Source: an uncultured Lachnospiraceae bacterium (GTDB taxonomy: Bacteria > Bacillota > Clostridia > Lachnospirales > Lachnospiraceae). Taken from it: 38,276 bases of DNA. The notes beneath the pieces were generated by a model. The model was not told the DNA's origin, ran no database searches, and saw only the letters and a program-made list of their open reading frames with translations. How positions within the stretch are numbered: position 1 is the first letter of the stretch; every line of letters starts with the position of its first letter. Positions 28,081 through 37,595 of the stretch are shown here, piece by piece. The translations under genes were made by a program, and so were the position numbers. The DNA lies in NCBI GenBank assembly GCA_902473545.1, contig CABRSG010000001.1, forward strand, positions 1-38,276, in the 5' to 3' direction.

Positions 28081-30594
28081 TTACCAACTTACCGCAGAAA
28101 CTGCAAGCGCAGCATCTTTTGCGTTCTTTACCGTAAACGTTTTTTCTTCACCCGGAAGGAGATCAAAATAATTATCCGAACATTTCCAATTCCCGTCCAC
28201 ATGTACTGCATGGGCAAATGTATCGCAGGAAACTTTTACAATGCGATCCTCGCCTTCCTGCCGATCCTCCACACAGATTACGTTTGCTTTCGGAACAGTA
28301 AGGTTTCTCATATCGTCCATGCGCAGCCACGCGTTCGCAATCTCCGGCGCATCCACATAGAGAACCATCGTTCCTTTTTTGTAATCCTTTTGCGGCAGCC
28401 TTTCACGCAGAAGATAACGTCTCTCTCCGGCTTCTATATGGAGCGAAATGTCGCGCAGCTCCTGTTCCTTTCCGTCGAAAGAAACCCAGCCAAAGCGTCC
28501 CGTCACATCTAACGCCTCCGGAAGATCATTCACTCCCTGCAGAATGACCTCTTCATCCTCCACCCGCATCGCAAATCTGCGGTGAGCAAGGCTTCTTTTC
28601 ACTGCGTAAAACGGAATCTTCCTCCTCAGATAATAATCAATGATCGTCCAGCCGACTTCTCCCCACGCATCATTATACATCCAGATCAGCCCGCCGTAGC
28701 AATGCTCCTTGAATTTCATAGATTCCAGGGAATAACCGTACATCAGACCATGAACCAGACCGCCATAGGTAATGTAATCCTCCAGGCTCAGCTCATCAGC
28801 ATGATCCACATAGTTTTTCTCAATCGCTGTATGTACCGTCCCTTTTTCAAAGACATTACTGTGCCACCACCAAAGCTTGCTGCTGCGATCCAGCGGCTTT
28901 CCATCCATATATTCCTCGATCGTTTCCCGGCAGCACGGTCCTACATATCCATATTCGGATACAAATTTCGCCCCGATTTTGTCGTAATCCTTTGCCTCGA
29001 TACGCTCTTCCATCTTCTGGCTCATAAAAGCACAATTCCAGTGATGGATATCCCCCAGGGAATTGTCGTTTGGACGTTCTCCGCCGTATGGCGAGCTGTT
29101 CCAGTAAGCAACCGACGGGCAGTTGGCATGGATGATTTCCTTTGCCAGTATATTCATGAGTGACATTCCGTAAGCATGCTCATAAGAAAACTCGATTCCC
29201 CACCTCGGATTATCCAGATGGTTAAACAGCCAGTGAACCTCATTGGACCCGCAGAAAAGTGCAAGGCTGCAATGGTTTCTCAGACGTTTTGTCTGATAAT
29301 CAAATTCTCTGCGTATTTCCTCACGGAACTGTTGCCGGTGATCCGGAAGCGTTGCGCACGCAAACATGAAATCATGCCACAGCATAATACCCTTTTCATC
29401 GCAGAGCTCATAGAATAAATCTCTCTCATACAGGCCGCCGCCCCAGATACGCAGCATATTGAAGTTCGCCTCAACAGCCTCGTCAATCAGTACACGATAT
29501 TTTTCACCTGTCACACGCGCGTAAATAAAATCATTCGGTATCCAGTTTCCGCCCTTGCAGAATACCTTTTTCCCATTTACAAGAAATTCAAACTTCCGGT
29601 CTTCTCCGCTGATGACGGACGTATCTATGCTGATTGTGCGGATACCATAACGCATTTTATGCCAGTGCTCTGTCGCACCATTGCAGGAAGCTTCCACTTC
29701 CACATCGTACAGCGGCTGGCTGCCATATCCGTTCGGCCACCAGAGCTGCGCATTTTCAATCACAGCTTCTTCCTCTATGTAATTATAGCCGGAGGTCAGA
29801 AGTACATCGCTGCAGCTTCTTTCGTAAACCGTTTTACCCTCATAGGAAATCCGGATTTTATAGGCGCCGGTTCTTGAGCTGATAAAGCCAAGATTTTCGA
29901 TATTAAGCATTATTTTCAGCTTTGCTGTCTCCGCCGCCTCCACGGTCTGCACATACACCTCTCTGAGTGCAATCTGCCGGTGTCCTTCCAGTCTGGCGCT
30001 GCCGGTAATCCCGCAGCTCACAACCTTTGGTCCCCAGTCCCAGCCTACCGTATACTGCGGTCTTCTTACAAATGCACGTCTCTTATCGCTGCGGTATTTG
30101 CCTCCGTTGTCATATTCTGTACACACAGCATAATTCAGCTCCGCAAGGTCTTTATCCGTCACTTCTTCCAGCCCGGTCGTCACACGGACAAGAATGGTAT
30201 TGATTCCTTCCACCAGCAGATCTTTGATGTCATACACAAACGGATAATGCACGCTGACATGTGTCTCAATATAATTTCCGTTTACAAAAATATCCGTTCT
30301 GGAATCCAGTCCTTCCAGGATAAGCTGGATAATGTCATCATCAAAGTCCACCTCTGCGCTGTCAAATTCCTTTTTAAACCACCATGCTCTTTTTTCAATC
30401 CATTCGGATTCAAAGCAGTAATCGGCTTTCAGCGGTTCCTTGATTACCCCGTTCTCCAGCAGCGGCATTCTGACATCCGCCGGAAGGCTGCAGTCATACC
30501 AGCCCTCTTTCTGTGCAAGCACCGAAGCCCACTGATTTTTGTCCACATCCAGGCGGCTTTCATGAAGCTGCCATCCACTATTTAAGTTTACCAT
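28081..30594 (-). CDS. Beta-mannosidase, GH2
   Basis: GWDWGP, KGGNWIP, NMLRIWGGG, WHDFMFAC, CGSNE, FVSEYG; start ATG 30594 after GGAGG. Confidence 0.88.
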   Translation of the reverse strand: MVNLNSGWQLHESRLDVDKNQWASVLAQKEGWYDCSLPADVRMPLLENGVIKEPLKADYCFESEWIEKRAWWFKKEFDSAEVDFDDDIIQLILEGLDSRTDIFVNGNYIETHVSVHYPFVYDIKDLLVEGINTILVRVTTGLEEVTDKDLAELNYAVCTEYDNGGKYRSDKRRAFVRRPQYTVGWDWGPKVVSCGITGSARLEGHRQIALREVYVQTVEAAETAKLKIMLNIENLGFISSRTGAYKIRISYEGKTVYERSCSDVLLTSGYNYIEEEAVIENAQLWWPNGYGSQPLYDVEVEASCNGATEHWHKMRYGIRTISIDTSVISGEDRKFEFLVNGKKVFCKGGNWIPNDFIYARVTGEKYRVLIDEAVEANFNMLRIWGGGLYERDLFYELCDEKGIMLWHDFMFACATLPDHRQQFREEIRREFDYQTKRLRNHCSLALFCGSNEVHWLFNHLDNPRWGIEFSYEHAYGMSLMNILAKEIIHANCPSVAYWNSSPYGGERPNDNSLGDIHHWNCAFMSQKMEERIEAKDYDKIGAKFVSEYGYVGPCCRETIEEYMDGKPLDRSSKLWWWHSNVFEKGTVHTAIEKNYVDHADELSLEDYITYGGLVHGLMYGYSLESMKFKEHCYGGLIWMYNDAWGEVGWTIIDYYLRRKIPFYAVKRSLAHRRFAMRVEDEEVILQGVNDLPEALDVTGRFGWVSFDGKEQELRDISLHIEAGERRYLLRERLPQKDYKKGTMVLYVDAPEIANAWLRMDDMRNLTVPKANVICVEDRQEGEDRIVKVSCDTFAHAVHVDGNWKCSDNYFDLLPGEEKTFTVKNAKDAALAVSAVSW

Positions 30595-30619
30595 CGTTTC
30601 CTCCATTCTCCGGCACCGC

Positions 30620-30745
30620 ACAACGCCGACAGATAATTATGTCCCACATTTTCTGCGCAATGCCAGCAGATATTTTTGTTCCCCATCTTTAATGCAATGC
30701 CGGCAGATACTTATGTCCCGAATCTTTGTGCAATGCCGGCAGTCA
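30620..30745. repeat. Intergenic degenerate 36-37-bp tandem repeat, about 3.4 copies
   Basis: Core gcaatgccggcagata at 30620, 30657, 30694, 30730. Confidence 0.85.
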
Positions 30746-30755
30746 TTTTTCTTCT

Positions 30756-31583
30756 TTAGCCCTTTACCGCACCGGCTACCATACCTTCAATAATACGTTT
30801 GCTGAAGATAAAATACAAAATCATAACCGGAAGCATCGTCACCATAATTCCCGCCATCATTCTCGGATAATCGACGGTGTAGGCTCCCTTAAACATTGTC
30901 AGACCTACCGGCACCGTGCGGAGGCTGTCGTTATTTACAAGTATCAGTGCAAAAGTAAACTCATTCCACACCGCGAAAAACTGGATGATTGCAACCGTTG
31001 CCAGTATCGGGGAGGCAAGCGGAAATACAATCTGGAACAGTGTTCTGGTAAAGCTACACCCGTCAATGGCTGCCGCCTCCTCCAGCTCACCCGGAATAGA
31101 GGAAATATAGCTTTCAATCAGCATAATCGAAATCGGCAGTCCGAATCCGATATACGGAATCAGCAGAGTGTACCAGTGGTTGGTCAGTCCCACTCCGTTT
31201 AACTGGATATACATCGGCACCAGCAACGCGTGTATGGGAATCAGCATACCCATGATAAAATAGTTATAAATCGCTCCTCTGCCGCGGAACTTGTACCGTG
31301 ACAGCACATAGCCTGCAAGAAATGCAATAATAATGATAACCGCCACTGCCAGCAGGGTATTTCTTGCACTGTTCAGCATATACTTCAACATGGATGTGGA
31401 AGTAAATACGCTGATATAGTTTGTAAGATTGAGCGCTTCCGGCAGTGCAACAGAGCTCTGCATAAACTCCGCCTGGGTTTTAAAAGAGGAATAGAAAATC
31501 CAGACAATCGGAAACACACAGGTAAACGAAAAAATAATAAAAATCAGATTGCAGAGCACTCTCCCTATTTTTTTCCCTATCAT
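30756..31583 (-). CDS. Carbohydrate ABC transporter permease
   Basis: ELEEAAAIDGC EAA motif, WNEF, IIEGMVAGAVKG; start ATG 31583 overlapping the upstream stop. Confidence 0.92.
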   Translation of the reverse strand: MIGKKIGRVLCNLIFIIFSFTCVFPIVWIFYSSFKTQAEFMQSSVALPEALNLTNYISVFTSTSMLKYMLNSARNTLLAVAVIIIIAFLAGYVLSRYKFRGRGAIYNYFIMGMLIPIHALLVPMYIQLNGVGLTNHWYTLLIPYIGFGLPISIMLIESYISSIPGELEEAAAIDGCSFTRTLFQIVFPLASPILATVAIIQFFAVWNEFTFALILVNNDSLRTVPVGLTMFKGAYTVDYPRMMAGIMVTMLPVMILYFIFSKRIIEGMVAGAVKG

Positions 31584-32485
31584 CAGAAATCCTTCTCCTT
31601 TCTCCACGGACGGTTAATCAGAAGGCGGCTGCCGCCTGTAATCGCAAGGCTCAGAATCAGAATAGCGATTGACATTGCGCTGGCATAACCAAACTGATTC
31701 TTTACAAAGGTGGTCTTATACACCTGCAGCGCCATTACCATAGAGCTTGTTCCCGGTCCGCCGTTTGTCATTACATAAATATGGTCGAAAATCTTCATGT
31801 TTCCGGCAATACACAGCATGACCGCCACACCAATGGAATTTTTGATAATCGGCAGCGTGATTTTTAGCGCTCTCTGCACGCCGCCCGCGCCGTCAAGCTC
31901 CGCCATTTCATAGATGGATGGGTCAATCGAGCTCATTGCCGCCATGATGATAACCATGTAGTATCCGATATACTGCCAGATCAGCGGAATACATACTACA
32001 CCGATGATGGTGTTCGGATTGTTAAGCCACGCCTGCGCCCAGTTATCCATTCCCAAAGCGCGAAGTATGACATTGATGAGACCGTAATCATAGTTAAAAA
32101 TAAAGGACCATGTAAAGCCTACCACTACCGCGGATAACGTCGACGGGAAATAGGCTACTACCCTGTGCAGCTTTTTCAGCTTAATAAAGCGGGAGGAGAG
32201 CATCGCGGAGAAAATAAAGGCGATGCCAATCTGCCCGATTACACAGATCACCGTAATCTTTATGTTGTTCAGAAATGCCGCCCAGAAGTTTTTGTCCTTC
32301 AGGAGCATCTGATAATTTTTCAGCCCGATATATTTCATATTCGGTCCGCCGGACCAGTTAAAAAAGCTGTAGCGGACTGCGTCAATAATCGGAACAACCA
32401 CCACATAGGTATATATGGCGAGTGCTGGAAGCAGACACAAAAAGATTGCCAGTCTGGTTCCGCGTTTATCTGCGATTTTTTTCAC
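31583..32485 (-). CDS. Carbohydrate ABC transporter permease
   Basis: YIGLKNY, IYEMAELDGA, MTNGGPG, FGYASA; GTG start 32485 after GGAGGTG. Confidence 0.92.
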   Translation of the reverse strand: MKKIADKRGTRLAIFLCLLPALAIYTYVVVVPIIDAVRYSFFNWSGGPNMKYIGLKNYQMLLKDKNFWAAFLNNIKITVICVIGQIGIAFIFSAMLSSRFIKLKKLHRVVAYFPSTLSAVVVGFTWSFIFNYDYGLINVILRALGMDNWAQAWLNNPNTIIGVVCIPLIWQYIGYYMVIIMAAMSSIDPSIYEMAELDGAGGVQRALKITLPIIKNSIGVAVMLCIAGNMKIFDHIYVMTNGGPGTSSMVMALQVYKTTFVKNQFGYASAMSIAILILSLAITGGSRLLINRPWRKEKDF

Positions 32486-32503
32486 ATCTACACCTCCATA
32501 CAG

Positions 32504-32528
32504 GGAATGGCAGGCTGCCTGCCATTCC
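32504..32528. other. Perfect stem-loop between SBP and permease genes
   Basis: ggaatggcagg-ctg-cctgccattcc. Confidence 0.7.
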
Positions 32529-32601
32529 TTCTGTTCATTCCGTCCCCGATATGGCGGATTGCTCCGGATATCTGAAACTGTCAAAGCACTGTTTTTATCC
32601 C

Positions 32602-33902
32602 TTACTGCGCCATTTCGTACTCAAACTGAATGTTCTCTGCAAGCTCCTCCGGTGTCATTTCTCCAATCAGGAGAGACTGCAGACCGGTATTCATGGTTTC
32701 AATCAATGCCGCATCCATCATCGCATCATAAATCGGAACAACAGTCGTTGTTTTCATCAGCTCGTTGTAGTCGTTAAAGAGCGCCGGTACACCGGAAGCA
32801 TCATAGGTCGGATTCGCCCATGCGGTAATAATACCTGCTGAAGCGGAAACATCTGCCTGATGCTCGTCACTGACATATTTTAAGAGGTCCATAATAAGCT
32901 CTGTCTTTGTTTCATCCATTTCGTTGCTGCTCACAGAGAAGAACCATGCCGGTCCGCCGGATACTGTGTTAGCGTCTCCCTTGCCACCTTCTACAGAAGG
33001 AAGAGGTGCAAGCTTTGTCGCTGCCTTTACATCGTCCGGAGCCGAAGAATCCACCGTTGCAAAGAACCAGGTACCTGTAACAATCGTTGCCGCTTTCTTA
33101 TTAAAGTACACGGTATCTTCCTCTACATCGTCCAGAGAATTGATATCTTCATTAAATGCGCCCACCTGCGCCAGCTCCTGGAAACAGGTAAGCGCAGCTA
33201 CAAATTCCTCATCCGTGAAAGCGGCGCCCTCTCCGTTTATAATCGAATTCGTCCATTCCGTTCCGGTAAAACGATCGCCCAGCGTGCTCAGCCAGTTGGA
33301 CTCTGCCGGCCAGTTTGCCTTATTTCCCATTACAAACGGGGTAATACCGGCTTCCTTAAACTTCTCTACCGCGTCCAGAAGCTCTGTCCAGGTAGACGGA
33401 AATTCTTCATAACCAATCTCCGCCCATAAATCGGAATTGTAGAAAACCAGTCCGGTTGCAAGGCTTTCACGCGGTACGCCGTAAATCTTTCCATCATAAG
33501 TTGCCGCATCAAATCCGCCTTCGATGTATCCGGGTCTGCATCCAGAACATCTGTAATGTCCTTTACCCAGCCATTCTCTGCAAAATTTTTCGTCCAGGAA
33601 CCCTTCAGCATAAACATATCCGGCATATCGCCCGCCGCGCCGAGAGACGTAATCTTTGTCTGATAATCCGTCTGGTTCATACTCTCCAGACTGATTTCCA
33701 CCTCCGGATGCGCCTCCGCCCACTCATCAAGCGCTGCATAAAAGCCCGTATCAAGACCTCCGATGCCAACATTTGCTCTTTCCAGATCGCACAGGATGGA
33801 AATCGTTACCTTTCCGGAATCCTCCGCCTGCACTGCTGCCGGGAATATGGATACACCTGTCAACGCTGCCGCCAGTACCATTGAAACCATTTTCTTATTC
33901 AT
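32602..33902 (-). pseudogene. Sugar ABC substrate-binding protein interrupted by a frameshift near 33530
   Basis: Frame 1 MNKKMVS...AAGDMPDMF...DVLDADP; frame 2 continues YIEGGFDAATYDGKIYGVP...MTPEELAENIQ; junction CCG-GA-TAC. Confidence 0.85.
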
Positions 33903-33919
33903 CTTTCGTCCTCCTTTTT

Positions 33920-33937
33920 TGATAAAACGTTTTATCA
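33920..33937. promoter_or_regulatory. LacI-type operator
   Basis: Perfect 18-bp palindrome TGATAAAACGTTTTATCA between promoter and RBS of the SBP gene. Confidence 0.85.
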
Positions 33938-33951
33938 TGTCTGATACCTAG

Positions 33952-33980
33952 ATTATATTCTCATCATTGTTTATTGTCAA
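33952..33980 (-). promoter_or_regulatory. Consensus sigmaA promoter of the beta-mannoside operon
   Basis: Minus strand TTGACA(33980-33975)-17-TATAAT(33957-33952). Confidence 0.85.
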
Positions 33981-34073
33981 CAACTTTTTTTGATATTTTT
34001 GCCTTTTTATAAGCTTTTTGTTAATACTCTACAAAATCCGGCGTCCATTTTTGTGTCATATTACCCATCAATG

Positions 34074-34089
34074 GATTTAACGTTTTATC
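34074..34089. promoter_or_regulatory. Second, degenerate LacI operator (probable autoregulation or looping site)
   Basis: GATTTAACGTTTTATC, 14/16 to the main operator core, upstream of the LacI gene. Confidence 0.65.
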
Positions 34090-34185
34090 TTGAAATTTTA
34101 TTGCACGGATGATAAAATATCTTATAGGATGGGATATTTTACTTTCCTGCATCCTATAAAAACTTATCCGTGGGAGGTTTTTGCC

Positions 34186-35211
34186 ATGTCCGCAACCTTA
34201 AAAGATATTGCCAGAGAGACGAATCTCTCTGTCACCACAGTTTCGCTTGTACTAAATAAAAAGCCATGCCGCGTATCCGATGCCACCCGTGAGCTGATTC
34301 TGAAAACGGCTGAGAAGATGAATTACTACCCAAATCAGCTTGCTGTCGGGCTGGTAAAACAGCAGAGCAACACCATCGGGCTTATCATCCCGGATATCAG
34401 CAACCATTTTTATTCCAATCTGGCGCTCGGTATGGACGCAGAAATGAACAACCATAATAAGAATATTATTCTGCTGAATACCGACTTTGACGCAGAGAAG
34501 CTGGTGCGCGGCATCAATGTTTTAAAATCCAGAGGTGTCGATGCCATTATTCTTACCGCCGCCTCTCTGAGTCCGAAAAATCTGTCCCTTTATTCTGATT
34601 TGCTCAGCAATGTCAGGGTACCGGTTGTGACCGTTGACCATTATTATCCGGAGCTGCACTGCAGCGCCGTACAGCTCAACAACCGTAAGGGAGCTTATAT
34701 CGCCGTAAAGCACCTAATTGACTACGGGCATACCGACATCGCCTGCATTACGGGACCGAAGCACTCTACGGTAACGCTGGAACGTCTGGAAGGCTACCGG
34801 CTTGCCATGAAGGAAGCCGGACTCTCTCTTCCCGAAAAATATATGTTCTGCGGCAATTACCGTCAGGAGGGCGGCGCCAGAGCCGCGGAGGAAATCCTTC
34901 GCTCTACAAAAGCAACCGCCATTTTTGCATTTAATGACGTCATGGCTCTGGGCGCCTGCCAGACGTTAAAGGAACATGCCGTCTCTATCCCCGATGATAT
35001 ATCCATCGTCGGCTTCGATAATATCGACTTTTCCGGTATGCTTGCGGTGCCCCTGACTACGGTAAACCAGCCCGCTTACGAAATCGGGCAGGAGGCTGCC
35101 CGGCAGGCGCTTCTGGAAATTGAGCATCCGGATATTGAAAAGCGCACCATTACCTTTGAGCCGCATCTGATCATTCGCAGCAGTACAAAGCCGAGGGCTT
35201 CCAAAAACTGA
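34186..35211 (+). CDS. LacI/PurR-family transcriptional regulator
   Basis: ATLKDIARETNLSVTTVSLVLN, YYPNQLAVGL, IPDDISIVGFDN, PLTTV; ATG 34186 after GGAGG. Confidence 0.94.
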   Translation: MSATLKDIARETNLSVTTVSLVLNKKPCRVSDATRELILKTAEKMNYYPNQLAVGLVKQQSNTIGLIIPDISNHFYSNLALGMDAEMNNHNKNIILLNTDFDAEKLVRGINVLKSRGVDAIILTAASLSPKNLSLYSDLLSNVRVPVVTVDHYYPELHCSAVQLNNRKGAYIAVKHLIDYGHTDIACITGPKHSTVTLERLEGYRLAMKEAGLSLPEKYMFCGNYRQEGGARAAEEILRSTKATAIFAFNDVMALGACQTLKEHAVSIPDDISIVGFDNIDFSGMLAVPLTTVNQPAYEIGQEAARQALLEIEHPDIEKRTITFEPHLIIRSSTKPRASKN

Positions 35212-35263
35212 CACGCGCCATAATTTTCTCCGGGAAATCCGACCAGGACATGGCGGGTTTAAA

Positions 35264-35320
35264 GTAACCGTCCAGACAGGTTTTTGTACCCGCTGCAAAG
35301 ACTGTAAGAAAACGATACAA
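35264..35320 (+). repeat. Dispersed palindromic REP-like repeat, family A, copy 2 (immediately after the tadC stop)
   Basis: gtaaccgtccagacaggtttttgtacccgctgcaaagactgtaagaa; inverted relative to the copy at 4915-4971. Confidence 0.85.
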
Positions 35321-35323
35321 CGG

Positions 35324-36805
35324 TTAAAATGACATCACCGCCGGCGCCATCAATATCACCAGTACCACCAGAAGCATCAGTATCATCGGCAGGACAAGCT
35401 TTGTGCCGGCTTCCTCGCCAAGCTTGCGTGCCATCTGGCTGCGTTCTTCCATGGAAAATGCCGCTTCCTCCTGCAGAAGCTTTGCAAGTCCCTGCGAACC
35501 CTTCTGCAGATTTGCGGAAAGCATAGTGCCAAGCTTGTTGTAGCTGCCGACTCCGCAGCGTCTGCCGAAATTTTCGTAGGAACGCGCCTCCGGCACGCCG
35601 CTCTGCATCTCATAGTAGGATGTAAGCATTTCTTCATAGGCATAATGGACATCCTTTGTTTCACAGTTCCGATATTCGAGTGCGATTTTAAAAAAGGCAT
35701 TCTGCATGGTAAGTCCGGCATTCAGAAGCATACTTAATTTAAAAAGCAGGTCCGGATAATCCATCAGCATCTGTCGCCGCCGCTGCTCCTGCGCCTTCTG
35801 ACGCTCCTGATTTTGGGCAATCCAGGCGCAGACCGCCGCCAGAAGGGTAAGCCCCAGACAAATTGCTGCAGTATTCGTCTCCTTTGCCGCCCAGATGATC
35901 TTTTTTCCATCCAGTTCCTCCGGCAGGTGCAGAGTCGCTTCCTCTGCGCTCTGCTCATCTGCCTTTTCCACTTCGCTCTGCAGAGCACGCCGCAATTTTT
36001 CCTCGTCACTGTACAAGGGCGGATAAAGCTGTAACGCACATTCATAAATAGCCGCCCGCCCGTCGCAGTCCAGAAGCGCTTTTAACTGCAGAAGCGCTCC
36101 CTCCTCCGGCAGGTCTTCCGTTACATTTCCATCCGCATCCAGCAAATCCATCGGATCCTGTATCCATTGGATACTGACAACGCCGTCAAGAACTTCGGAA
36201 GGCAAAACGACACGCCCGCGCACCTCATCGACGGAAGCATTGTCTCCCAGAATAATCCGGTCAATTTCTTCGATTGCCTGTTCCAGCAATTCTTGTTTTT
36301 CTTCTTCCGTATAGCGGCGCTTACTTACTGTAACCTCCAGTTGCTCCGTCTGTGCGCTCTCACCGATCTGCGCCTGCAGTTCCCACGACCAGGCATCCTG
36401 CCCGTCCGTCGGTCTTGGCAGCTCATAGCCGCTCTCCAAAACAGACTGTCCTGCCAGCGCTGCCTGCAGCAGAAGGCTCAGCCCGCTTCCAAGAAATAAC
36501 ACCAGAAGCACACGGGCAAGGCGGGCGGTCTCAAACACGATCGGGGCAGATGTCTGAACCGTCCCTTTTTCCCCGATCGGCATCCATGCTTTATCGCAGC
36601 CCGCACGCTCGCCGGATGTTCTCTTGTCAAATATTCTCTTCCCGGCATGTCCGCGCTTCCCCTGTTCCAGTATCAGTAAATAATATGCCGCCTTATAAAA
36701 GGCTGCCTGTCCCTTCGGTGGAGAAATATCCTCCGGCAGACTGACCACTGCCGAAAGACACAGCAGCGCTGCCATCCCGATTAAAATTATGAAGCATACC
36801 ACCAT
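35324..36805 (-). CDS. tadC: TadC-like pilus platform protein (T2SSF family) with large extracytoplasmic domain
   Basis: DYPDLLFKLSMLLNAGLT, YENFGRRC, LSANLQKGS, GEEAGTKLVLPM. Confidence 0.85.
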   Translation of the reverse strand: MVVCFIILIGMAALLCLSAVVSLPEDISPPKGQAAFYKAAYYLLILEQGKRGHAGKRIFDKRTSGERAGCDKAWMPIGEKGTVQTSAPIVFETARLARVLLVLFLGSGLSLLLQAALAGQSVLESGYELPRPTDGQDAWSWELQAQIGESAQTEQLEVTVSKRRYTEEEKQELLEQAIEEIDRIILGDNASVDEVRGRVVLPSEVLDGVVSIQWIQDPMDLLDADGNVTEDLPEEGALLQLKALLDCDGRAAIYECALQLYPPLYSDEEKLRRALQSEVEKADEQSAEEATLHLPEELDGKKIIWAAKETNTAAICLGLTLLAAVCAWIAQNQERQKAQEQRRRQMLMDYPDLLFKLSMLLNAGLTMQNAFFKIALEYRNCETKDVHYAYEEMLTSYYEMQSGVPEARSYENFGRRCGVGSYNKLGTMLSANLQKGSQGLAKLLQEEAAFSMEERSQMARKLGEEAGTKLVLPMILMLLVVLVILMAPAVMSF

Positions 36806-36809
36806 ACTG

Positions 36810-36862
36810 CTATTCTCCTATACTATTCTCCTATATGATTCTTCTATACTCTGCTTCCTACA
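36810..36862. repeat. 13-bp tandem repeat (2 exact, 2 degenerate) spanning the tadB-tadC gap and containing the RBS
   Basis: ctattctcctata at 36810 and 36823, tgattcttctata at 36836, ctctgcttcctaca at 36849. Confidence 0.75.
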
Positions 36863-37595
36863 CTTCGATGCTCACAATCTTTCTGCCCCAGAGCCACGCC
36901 AGAAAGTAGACCAGCAGGCATACACTCATGATCATGATTCCCGCCGGATTATGATACATGACATCCAGAAATCCCGGAGAAACCATCTGCACATAGATGA
37001 GGATCATACACGGAACAATGCTCATAATGTTCTGTTCCAGCCGTTTTGCTGAAAGACAGGTGTTAATCTCCCGGCGCGTCTCCTCCTTCTGTGACATGCA
37101 CTGGACGGTATTTCGTATAATGGCGATCAGATTTCCGCCCGTCCTTTTCGCCGCCGAAAAGATATCGGCAAAATTTCGGATATCTTCAATGCCGCTGCGC
37201 ACTGCCAGCGCGCCAAGCAGCTGTTCCAGGCTGCGGTTCATGCCAAGCTGGACGACAATATAGCGGAATTCCCGGATAATTAAGGCATCCTCGTCGTATA
37301 GCTGCCGCAGCTCCCGCAATGCTTCCGTGAAGGCATTTTCCACCGAACAGCCCGCCGAGAGTGCAACCGAAACCGACTGCATTCCGGCCAGAAACTGCGC
37401 GGACAGCTCCTGCTGCCGCTTTTTGATACAGCTTTCACGGCGGATTTTCAGAAAAACTTTAAACAACGGAAGGCAGAGTGCAAATGCGATCAGCGAGCGG
37501 TAAAACAGATAACTGACGATTGCCGCCAGCAGCAGAAATATCCCCAGATTCTCCGCCATTTCTTTTTTAGAAAATTTATATTCCCGGTAATCCAT
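36858..37595 (-). CDS. tadB: TadB-like pilus platform protein (T2SSF family)
   Basis: LSAGCSVENAF, RSGIEDIRNFA, KRTGGNL, terminal KIVSIEV. Confidence 0.88.
   Translation of the reverse strand: MDYREYKFSKKEMAENLGIFLLLAAIVSYLFYRSLIAFALCLPLFKVFLKIRRESCIKKRQQELSAQFLAGMQSVSVALSAGCSVENAFTEALRELRQLYDEDALIIREFRYIVVQLGMNRSLEQLLGALAVRSGIEDIRNFADIFSAAKRTGGNLIAIIRNTVQCMSQKEETRREINTCLSAKRLEQNIMSIVPCMILIYVQMVSPGFLDVMYHNPAGIMIMSVCLLVYFLAWLWGRKIVSIEV

Noticed and set aside
30620..30745. Mini CRISPR array
   Set aside because: The period is only 36-37 bp and the putative spacers resemble one another
33531..33723. Gly-rich N-terminus of ORF 32602-33723 as a separate gene start
   Set aside because: It is the out-of-frame reading of the true SBP N-terminal half upstream of the frameshift
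17590..35323. Site-specific invertible (phase-variable) segment with defined inverted repeats
   Set aside because: No shared inverted repeat found at the two predicted junctions and no recombinase in the window; kept only as a rearrangement hypothesis
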